The notes under the pieces were generated by a model that saw only the letters and a program-made list of their open reading frames with translations, did no database searches and had not been told where the DNA came from. Shown one piece after another: positions 52,641 through 64,000 of a stretch of 64,000 nucleotides of DNA. The translations under genes were made by a program, and so were the position numbers. Each line of letters starts with the position of its first letter. Positions within the stretch are counted from its first letter, which is position 1. Origin of the DNA: Octopus bimaculoides (Eukaryota); NCBI RefSeq assembly GCF_001194135.2, contig NC_068995.1, positions 54,593,622 to 54,657,621 of the forward strand. Reading direction: 5' to 3'.

Positions 52641-55600
52641 AACTTTTGCATTTTTCGCACTTAATTTGTTTTGCAACAAAACGAAATGAAATATTGCTTT
52701 TTAAAGACAGAGACGAAATTATTTCATCTTGAAGCTATCAATCTTTGTACCAGTATATGAAGCGAGACAAGTTTTAATACTCCATAACTCTATACATACC
52801 CTTACACACACACTCACGGACGCATAGTCAACGTTCAATAAGTATATATGTATACGCGTATGGTTTTTGCTGTGGTTATGTTAGAATTCTCTATTATTAA
52901 CAATCCGTACATTGAGACGTAGGTATAGTGGTTATAACAGGTTAGCACGTGTTCTTTCCGTATTAGTCATTGAAGTAAAAGATAATCTAATATGAAGCTT
53001 TTCCGGTCTTAATAATTCTAAATATATATTATACGGATGAAAGAGAATCCCTATCGATTTTGCACTATACTCTCTACAATTTCCTCAAGATGTGTGCCAT
53101 ACCGGTAAAATGCAAGACTAGGTTTGAAATATTCAACCGAACCTCTCCAGTACGACTTAAAGGAAATTAATAATTATTGCAGTATAAAATGTATAAAATA
53201 TTTTGCAGTATAAGATAATGGTATCGCTCCCCATTTTCTACATAAATATTTCCCAACATAGGAAGCCTTAGTTTTTCTATTATAAATATTGAAAAAAAAA
53301 AAAATCTGTAGTTCATAATATTTTTTATATTCTTCTTTCTTATCATTATTTATCTGAGCAATCCCTGGGTGTACGTCTCTTCATATTATTGGTAAATGAA
53401 TTTTTAATTCCTATACCTTTCCATTTTCTGTATTATCCTTTCCTCAAACATCGAATTTTGTTTCTATAAATACCGTCTAAAGTTCATATTTTGCTTTTGC
53501 TTCGTAGATATTTTACGAACATCGGATATATAGATTTGAAATTTCCCTGTTCTCCTCTCTAGATTATATTCTAAATGTGTGTTTGGTAAGTTCACGAGCT
53601 TCGGATTAAATGCAATCTAACAATACACAAATACTATATATAATCTACATGTAATCTTCATTTCACTCTCAGTGTATGTTTCATATAACAGAATAAGAAA
53701 GCGTCTAAGATAAAAGCTATATTGTCTGTATATATCTCGACCATATCATCATCCAATATTTTTACAATTTTACTCCCTTCTTTTGTCGAATTAATACGAG
53801 TAAGAGGAATACAATCTTATATCATCCAATATCATTTCAAATGCAGTAAGAAAGTATTTCATGGCAGAATTTATTATAAGCTATAGATTGTTTTTGTTGA
53901 ATATGCATTGCAGTCTTATCCTTCCATATAAATGGTTGCGTAGGAAGCAGAAGACACAGTGTGAATACACAGACACACACGCATACACACATATACACAT
54001 GCACCCATATATATATGTAGGTAGATAGACAGATATACATACATAAATTCATATACTTATATATATATATATATNNNNNNNNNNNNNNNNNNNNNNNNNN
54101 NNNNNNNNNNNNNNNNNNNNNNNNNNNNNNNNNNNNNNNNNNNNNNNNNNNNNNNNNNNNNNNNNNNNNNNNNNNNNNNNNNNNNNNNNNNNNNNNNNNN
54201 NNNNNNNNNNNNNNNNNNNNNNNNNNNNNNNNNNNNNNNNNNNNNNNNNNNNNNNNNNNNNNNNNNNNNNNNNNNNNNNNNNNNNNNNNNNNNNNNNNNN
54301 NNNNNNNNNNNNNNNNNNNNNNNNNNNNNNNNNNNNNNNNNNNNNNNNNNNNNNNNNNNNNNNNNNNNNNNNNNNNNNNNNNNNNNNNNNNNNNNNNNNN
54401 NNNNNNNNNNNNNNNNNNNNNNNNNNNNNNNNNNNNNNNNNNNNNNNNNNNNNNNNNNNNNNNNNNNNNNNNNNNNNNNNNNNNNNNNNNNNNNNNNNNN
54501 NNNNNNNNNNNNNNNNNNNNNNNNNNNNNNNNNNNNNNNNNNNNNNNTATATATATATATATAAACACATGTATGTATAAACATATATTGTATAAATATA
54601 TATATGTGTGTGTGTGTACATATGTGTGTGTACATATGTGTGTGTACATATGTGTGTGAGGGAGAGCATGATAGAGAGATATATAAATAGATAGAGAGAG
54701 ATATTTGTACAGTCTTGTTCTAGTCACAACGTATACAACTTGCAATTGGTTTATCATGTTAATTGTGTATGTGTGATGCACGAAAATGAGGTTCTGAATG
54801 TTAATTTGTACATAATTATATTATGCCTACGTTACTGCATATGCAGATATAAGAAAAAATAGATATAATTACACTCAAGTAGCAACCAGCACACATGTAC
54901 ACTACTCGGTGTCTATGTGAGAAGTTTTTTTTTTATGTTTGTGCTTGTGACATGTGTGTGTGTGTGTGTGTGTTTGTGCTGTAAGTGTCTGTGTCTTTTT
55001 TATTGTGCTTATGTGTATGAAATGTTTCCTTCACCTTTAAAATCGTGTACAATGTAGCAATTATTTACATAATGATCTTTACCTCCGAATCTACTTCTAT
55101 AATATGATGAAAATGGAAATCCAAGTTGTCTAATAGAGAATTTTTTTTCTTTTAATTATTCAAAATTAGTCCAGTATGACTGAAACATGAAGTATGTAGA
55201 AAATATTTTTTACAAGCAAAATGCAACACATATTTTTAGAAGTTACAGTGTTAATCGCAGAAATCGTTTGACTTCGCCAAATTTTGGGTAATGTTTGAAA
55301 GGTTTTCGTGCATCATGCTTATCCAGGCGCATATCCAGTGTGGTATATATGAGACAACTTGTCACGAAAAAAATAACATTGTTTTACAGAATGGCCTAAA
55401 CATGTTCAAAGCCAGGGAATCATGCAGAAACATGTGTATGCGTGTATACGTATGTGCGTGCGCGCGCGTGTGTGTGTGTAAGAGCGAAAGAGAGAGAGAG
55501 AGAGACTATCTGTCTCTCTATCTCTTTCTGTTTATACGAGGTATCGTTGCACATTTTCTCTCTGTCAATATGTTAAATTGTATTCTATAGTCTACGCGAA

Positions 55601-55829
55601 CTTAATGTAATGGAATTTTCAAAGACTTCAGACATAAAAACAAACAGAAGAAAATATATATAGAAATAAGCACCTAGAATATGAGTAAAATGTAATTAAC
55701 ATTTCTCTATAAGAACGGAACAGACAAGTGTTCAAATTTCCGAAATTGATCATTATCCAATTAAATTTTGAAAACCAAATAGAATTGATTTGTGAAAGAA
55801 AAATTGTATGCGGCAAAGAGAGGGAGAGA

Positions 55830-56568
55830 TAGATACATATATAGAGGGATGGATAGATGAATGGATGGATGGATAGATGGATAAATGGTGGGATGGACAG
55901 ACAGACAGATAAACAGAGAGACAGATAGCTGAATAGATATATAGATAAATCAATAGATGGATGGATGGATAGATGGATTGATAGATTGGTGGAATGGACA
56001 GGCAAATAGACATACAGACAAACAGATAGATGGATAGATAGATGGATAAATCGATAGATAGATAGCTAGACAAATAGAAGAATGGATACATAGATGCATA
56101 GATAGATAGAGAGAGGGAGAAGAAAGAAAGAAAGAAAGGAACAAAGAAAGAAAGAAATTGGCACTGTGAAGAGAAGACGGAAACCGAAGTGACGATCTGT
56201 AGAGATTAAAACGGCCTGCAATTTTCCCTTCAGCCACTAGAAGTCGCCCTCTGAACTGGTCTGACTATTATTTTCCAATCAACAACGCATACAATGAAGC
56301 ACTTAGTAAGATTGTTTTTTTTTTTTTTTTTTGAGCATAAAATATCAATTGTCACTGAAGGACGAATTAAATCCATGTAAGTTGGTGATAAACTGGATTA
56401 CAGGTGAGTTATTGCAGCCAAAGCTGGCGCAAGTAGGTGAAATCGGACAAGTGTGGAAAACGAAATAAACTGCAGCATGAGAGAGCGCATGTTTCTATCT
56501 AAATGCTGTTTGCGTAACAGATACATAGATAGATAGATAGATAGATAGGTCAATAGGTCGATAGATAA

Positions 56569-56619
<51 letters not shown>

Positions 56620-56640
56620 CACGGATACATAAATAAATAA
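55830..56640. repeat. Degenerate (GATA)n/(GATG)n/(GAAA)n tetranucleotide satellite tracts
   Basis: Seen directly at ~55830-56160 and 56520-56640. They account for the SIYL/IHPS ORFs. Confidence 0.9.
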
Positions 56641-59600
56641 ATAAGCAGATAGGTATGTATGTACAGAGGTAGTACGGGCAAATATGTACATACAAAGACA
56701 CACACAAGGCGACAGAAAAGAATGTCCATATACACATAAATACACACACATACATACTCAAACACACAAGCACTCACGCATACACATATGGATATGCAGG
56801 AGACACGCATGCATGTGTACATACGTACGTACATACATACATACGCACACCGGCACGCATGCACACGCACGCAACAAGGCATCAAGCAAAGAAAGGTAGC
56901 CACCGCATAGGACTAACACGAAAGTCATTGAGAAAATTGCAAGCAGCAACGAAAGAGCTTTGGCAAACAAAAACAGAATAAATGAGTTACTGTTGAACCT
57001 TATTAAACAAACAATGAAATAGTCAGTTGGATATTCAACCTATTATCTTATAATAAAGGAGTGGAATTGAAGCAGTGCGTATGTTAATAATATTGAGTTA
57101 ATGACTCTCTCTAGGCACAACAAAATTTATTCCAATTCACGAACTCACGTAAAGAATCTTGCAAACCAGATACAAACACGGAGTTGATATAATCGGCTCT
57201 TTAACATTGACAACTTCGTATGCTTCTCAATCGAACTTCTTACAAACTTTGATTTGCATATCAGTTTCTCCGCAATTATCATCTCATTGTTTAATCAGTG
57301 ACGTACAACTATAATTAATCAATGTCATGTATATTTTTTCACAATATTATGTCTTTATTATTTTGAAGCATAAATCCAATTATTATACTTTGCTTCCGAT
57401 AATTCCTGCTTGATATCATTAAGAAACATTTGAAATGCAAGATACTAGACAGATATCCTTACATGTTGAAATAAATATTTGCATCGCTACGTAATTCAGA
57501 TTATTATTCTTTATTCAAAAGTAAATATAATTACACACACGCGCGAATAGATTCTCTCCGTAACAACAAATACCGTAGTTGTTGGTATTGTTCTTCTTTC
57601 GTGATATATCAAGACTGTTTTAACAACCATATATTGCAATACACCTCAGACGCATTTGTCCTGTATGTTTCCCAATTACTTATTATCTACAATAATTCTT
57701 TCGAATCCTCTTTTGGATAAAGGACATGTTTATATATATTTCTCTGTAGATTGAAGAAAAAATCAAGGAATAAATTTAATCGATTTTCAGTTCATATTTG
57801 GGTCTCAGCGGAGGTATCTAAATCTGTTGTCCACTTTCCTCAAAACATGCCTCTATAAGAGAGCCTCAGTGTCTGGTTTTGATTGTGATGTTTCCATATT
57901 GCTTTCTCGACATTATTGACCAGAAATGACAAAATATTTGCATTAAGATTAGCGCAAAATAGCGACTTATATAATTAGCTAAAGTACAGCAAACATATTA
58001 CTTATTGTCATTATATCCACTAAAATGCATTGTAAACAATGTCTTGCTACGAGGAAAATTCAATTTTCCGCATTCAGATTTCTATGATTCGCATAAAAAT
58101 AATATACGATGCCAAATATTATTTGTAACTCTGCACAAAAAATGCATCTTCACTACAAATTGTATTACCCAACCTTATATATTTGTTCACATTAAGTTAT
58201 ATATGATTTTCTCCAATAAACCAAGAGAGGTTCCTATAATCTTATTGAAAATTCCTATTATCCTCTAGACAAAGACAGAGATATTATCTCCCCTTATCCT
58301 TGCCCCATTCTATCTAACTTACAAAATATTTATATAAACATATATAAGTAAAACCGTGTTGATAGGTTGTCGTTTTCTGTATAGTTTATGGGTGTTAAAT
58401 GATTATACATGCTGCATAAATGTAATATATATCTTCTTGATTTAATTTCAATGCTCTTCCCCTGGAAATAAATGGGTGCTGTTACATGTTCAGGTTTGCT
58501 TATTTATATTATTATTTTTAGTATTAATGCAATGATTTAATATAAAAATTGAGTCTGGTATGTTCTCTCTAGCTAACAAACATTTGATATATTTTTCCTG
58601 TTTAAACAGTTATGAAAGATGTTTGCATGAGCAACCTAGCATTAGGCTGGCTATATATTCAAGACGCAGCAGAGAGAACTATTCAGTTATAACTGCTTTC
58701 ATAAAAACCTATTCGTTTTCAATTCATCCGGAAAATAATGCAGAAATATTTGAAAGAAATCCGAACTTATGAGATGTAAAGTACACATGTTTGATGAAGC
58801 TTACCCTAGCTGTTGTATTAGTTTTATCTTGTCCAACGTTTAGCATACAGTATTTGCTTCGTAGTTGCTTTAGTTTCAGTGATATTTCGTTATGAATGGG
58901 AATCGCTCTTTATTGATTTACTAGGAATATGAAATACTTTTAACTTAAACAAATATAACTATACATATTAGGACGTGTTTGTCTCTGTGTGCGAGTATGC
59001 GAGTGTATTTATTATTATTTATACTTACGCACATGTATATATGTAAATGTGTATGAGAAGTTATATACACGTGTGAATAAGATTCGTAATTCAGCCGCAA
59101 GAATGAGTGCAAATTTTCGATTTAAAATTTTCCATAAATGAAGTATAAGAAACATTTCCATATCTATTTCATTTGCATTTCATTTAGATATTGAGATATA
59201 AGCCAAAAAAATACACAATTATTAAAAAGAAATTGTAGATTTATTGTTTCCATCGAAATACAAATATTATACTTACAGAAAGAAAAATAATTTATTTTGC
59301 CTGCCAACAATTTCTAATATATATCTTGAAACTTTTTGTCCAATATTCTTTACTTGTTCGTAGCATAAGATTGATCGTCGGGTTAAAATTGCGAACAGTT
59401 TAAAACTACTACATTCATGCTTTTATTAAATATATAATAAAGTGGTTAGTATGAGGAAGTCTAAATCAGCGATACAGGAAATTAATGATATCCAATCTTG
59501 TTAAAATGCTCAAAGATCGCTGCACCTTACTAGATTATTACGCTAGAAAATGTTCCAGCTCTTTTTCAGGTAAAATTAAAGAAACCGACCATCGTGTCCC

Positions 59601-59836
59601 ATTGTTTACTCAAGCATATATTGAATAAATTTTTTTTTACAGATCATATTTCTAACTTCAATAAAGTTTCTTTCAGCTTTCACATAACATTCATATGAAC
59701 ATTATACAGTGTATTTTTTTCTAAAGTATATATGGACGGGCGTGCACACACACACACACAAATGCACGAACGTATATATATATATATAGATATATACACA
59801 CTTATGTAGATACATCTATCCATCACTCTCTCTCAC

Positions 59837-59904
<68 letters not shown>

Positions 59905-62084
59905 CATATGGAGAAAGACAGAAAGGGAGAAACAGTGCGTGAGGCGTAAACTTATTTCATTTAACCTTCCTCTTAACACTTCAATATCTGTGAGTTTGAT
60001 AGCTCTCCACCACAAACTATTTCATAAATTGTTCAGGATGCCCTACTATGTATCCATGCACGATTCAAAGAATAGAAAGCAATACTTTCATGCAGTATCT
60101 TATGTAAGAAATATGCAAATGACCACACTGATCCGAAATTTAGAGCTATTACTATTACTTGCAGGGAACACAACACAAAATGCATAGCATCTCTAGACGC
60201 ATAGAAAGCTCACCAAAAAAAAAAAAAAAAGACGACGGATTATTTTAAGAATGCACCAGCATAATTTTACCCATCATGAGTAAAGGAAATTGAAAGAAAT
60301 ATAGAAATAAATGTTATAGATATACATATTACACGCGAGATTTCTATCATAAACGATCGATAACACATGTCGACGGTCAAGCCTGACCTCGTTCTACAAC
60401 ATCGAATTAGGCTTTGTATGGAAATCCAGAATATTAAATAAACTCCCCCTCAAAACTTCCGAAACATTTATACAAATATAACACCCATGATATAAAATAA
60501 TAGTTAATAGACACCACACAACTGTACATTTACTACAGCTGTATTGTAAGGAAACAATTCTTCGCCTTCAAAATTGTGTTGTCTTTCAGTGGTTATTTGA
60601 TATTGATTGTCTAAACCAATTTCGTCTCAGATCACATTCTTGTTCGATAAATATGTCATAAACATTTCAAAAGATACACATAAAAAAAAATTATCCATAT
60701 GTAAGTCACATGAATAAAAAAACAGTTCTTGATACAGTCAGTCAATATAAACACTTACTCGGATACACGAGTTATTTTTTCCTGCTTTAATTCATGCGAC
60801 TCATAGCCAGGTGTGTGAACGTAAATAAATATAATCTCCACTAAACAAATTGCATGATCTGCGTAAGATCTCTACTGAGTATTACTATACGGTTCGTGCT
60901 TTCGCGGATAGTAAAACATTTTTCAAAGTAAATGCGTCGGTATCAGGATAACGTCCGTGTTCGATGCATTTCTCGCTATTTCCCTAATTCATTGAAAGAA
61001 AACTTACTTGTCTAATAATTAAGAAACACGTTTTAAACCATTTTCCTGTTGTTTGGTGATAATGCATTTCCTCTCTTTTAATGTATTTTAGTATATTCAT
61101 TAATCCATGTCATTTATATTAATTCGATACATTATATAATTTAATAATTTTTAGGCAATCAAGTATTAGAATAATCCATATTTATAAATTCATTGATTTA
61201 TGCTCCAAACATTGTCTTCATCTTTAATGCTCTCTTTATCCCAGATACCAATTTTTAACTGTATTTATTTCAAATGGTGTAATATTTACATAAGCAAATG
61301 CAATGTTCTCTCAGAATGTGATCATGTATAGTTTGCGAAATAAATATCCAATTAAAGAAGTGGTTAGGTTGAACTACTTGAATATATCTACCGCAATACA
61401 ATGCTGAAGATCTTAGAACCGATGGCCATATGCAATTATGGATATTTTAAGAATATTAGCACTAACATAGTTACCTTTATCTAAAGTTGGTTCAATAAAA
61501 AGATATAGAAACACCTTAAACTTTATAGAAACCTTAAAATGCGAAAATAGGTAATCTAAGAACTCAGATACTGTAAAGAAATGGAGATTAGAAGAGATGG
61601 TAGTAGTAGTTGTGAAATTTTTAATTTGCTTTTCATTCCTTCATATATTTACCAGCTATATAGGGACGCAAGAGCGTCTCCATATTGCTGGTAAATATAG
61701 AGTTACCGCTAGAAATGTTGTATAATTTAGTTCTGAATATAAAATATTTCAAGAAAAATAATCTTACAGTCCTAGCTGCATTGTTTCTCATCACTGAGGG
61801 ATTCAGTCAAACACAAAATATATTAAACAAGATCAACCACAGCTCTGTAAAAATATTACATATTATTATATGTGTCTTTTATATATGAATACAAGTATGT
61901 TATATTATAAATATTGGATGTAGTATGCATATGTAGTATGTGTGTGTGTGTACTTGTGTGTGTGTGTCTGTGTGTATAATTTATTGTATAATATAAAAGT
62001 TATATATGATTTACTTTAATAATGTCTTTTATTTGGTTTATAACAATTTTGTCACTGTGTTTAATGAAAAACATTTTCTATTAG

Positions 62085-62184
62085 ATCAAATCAGTACGCA
62101 ACTGGTACTTAATTTGTCGATCCCGAAATGATGAAAGGCAAAGTAGAACTCGGTGGAATTTGAACTCAGAACGTAAAGACAGAC
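62085..62184 (-). mobile_element. SINE family C fragment
   Basis: actggtacttaatttgtcgatcccgaaatgatgaaaggcaaagtagaactcggtggaatttgaactcagaacgtaaagac. Confidence 0.75.
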
Positions 62185-62440
62185 AATATCTGTTTTTATA
62201 TTAGATTACAGTTCATTACAGATCTGAAATTCTGCCAAACTAAAATAATGTCAGACAAATTAATTTTATTTTCCCACGACGAATGCATAAGCATATTTCC
62301 ACGAAGCCGATGTAATATGACATCAAAATATCTTAAATGAATGGTACCTGACGCCGAGAAAACCTATTTCTTCTCTTTAAAACAAATGAACATTCGTGTG
62401 CGAGGTAACTGATAAACAGTAAAGAAGAACATTATTGACC

Positions 62441-62778
62441 TCATTTACATTCGACGGATTTTTGTCCTCATCTTGTTTGTTGTGAACATAAATTTCGGCT
62501 GATATACCCTCCACCCTTCATCTGGTGTCTTGGGGAATTTTCGAACCTGAGTTCTCATTCCTAAGGTATTTTTCGATGTTATTATTATTAGTAGTAGTAG
62601 TATCATTATTATTCAGGTCACTGCTTAGAATCGAACTCGGAATTTTGGGGTTAGTAGCCTGCGCTCTTAACAACTAGGCCGTATGCACGTGGACAAGATG
62701 AGGACGAATATCCGTCAAATGTAAATAATGTACAAAATAATGTACGAAAATACCCCATCTCTTAAATATAGAACTGTA
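62441..62778 (-). mobile_element. tRNA-headed, hammerhead-tailed SINE-like element with inverted tail duplication (copy 2)
   Basis: Same head (~62616-62692, B box GAGTTCGATTC on -), (AAT/AGT)n spacer and tail (62441-62570) as copy 1. The inverted tail copy lies at 62693-62778. Confidence 0.85.
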
Positions 62779-63475
62779 GTAAAGAAAAAAAACAACCCTT
62801 TTTAAGAATATTTGAGTAAGAGCCTGATTGATGAGAGTAGATTGGAAAATACTACCACGTATAAAATAAAAACGACAGAGATAAATAATAGCTAGCTTCA
62901 AAGAGAAAGCGATATTAAATATTTGTTCGATATAAGTGTAATTTTTCTGATGTTTTTCCAGAACATCCAGACACACAATATGTACAATTTGGCAACATGC
63001 CTTTTTCAAGAACATTATTATTATTATTATTGTAGGATTCCGTGGATGATATAAGCAAGAGAGTATATATGTTGTGTATAAACTTTATTACCTGAATTGG
63101 AAGGATTCCAGGCTGGTCAACGTCATAAAAACGTGTTTTAAGCAGTGCAGTCTCATGTTTTATATAACGTGATATATTTATATAATAGAGTGATAATTCG
63201 TTCTATGACATTGTGATAAATATAAAAAAAAAGCTGAACTATGTTAGTAAACTGGCTAATAAGGAATTATATAAATACCACGTTTGTGTGTGTTTGTGCT
63301 GATATTTCTAACATGTAAAGGTTTTTTTCAACCCTCTTAGTTACAATTGTGACTTGTTCATAATCATATAGGTCTTTTTCTATTTTATGAATACTTGTTT
63401 GGCCATTGATATATATTCATAAATAATCTACCTTATAATATATCCTTCGTAATGCTTTTACATTACTCTCTACTC

Positions 63476-63513
<38 letters not shown>

Positions 63514-64000
63514 CACGCATATACGTGTAAAATTTAAGTCTATTTTATTGTCATTGTCTCATTGTCGTCATTATTTTGGCCATTAACAACCACTTCGCTA
63601 AGAAATACTAGGCTATTTACTGTCGACATCCTCTCAGGTTCATCCATGCTTTAATTTACTTTTATTTTTTTAACTTCTGACCCCATCGTGTCTGTGCTCA
63701 TTGTCCTGTCTTCTCAACAATCTCTCAACAGATTATGAATGACTGTGCTTATGTACTAGATAATTTGTTAGTACTATCTGCCTCTTTACCTGAAGCATAT
63801 AAGAAATAAAGCATTAACTATGATGGGAGGGACGTACAAGAACATGCAATGAAACGTCCAGTAATATAGACCCTATTCTACAGAGCAGAAATAGAATCGA
63901 TATCAGCTATTCTTGTCCGTGATATAGGAATTGTAAGATCAGTTAGAACACAATGATAAATTTTCTGCTCAATCGTGGTTCGGGACCTAAACCTATAAAC

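Overview
AT-rich, microsatellite-saturated animal genomic DNA from a gapped short-read scaffold (16 N-gaps, most flanked by (TA)n or (CA)n). The repeat families look like those of Octopus/coleoid cephalopods; this is recognition from memory, not a database search. No host gene could be identified with confidence: the long ORFs in the track are microsatellite or N-gap artefacts. The window holds a dead mariner transposon (~37-1204), many copies of three tRNA-derived SINE families, a 5'-truncated Penelope-like element (PLE) with a GIY-YIG endonuclease remnant and a hammerhead-like 3' repeat (~31608-32930, plus a solo end at ~48198-48345), a possible Helentron-type non-autonomous fragment, and an Illumina adapter remnant at 35866. 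The most interesting signal is a small element present twice (34322-34710 and 62441-62778). It joins a tRNA-derived Pol III head to an (AAT)n spacer and a tail containing a minimal type I hammerhead ribozyme fold. Each copy carries an inverted duplicate of the tail, and the first has a 15-bp target-site duplication. This suggests a SINE-like non-autonomous element mobilised by Penelope-type machinery.
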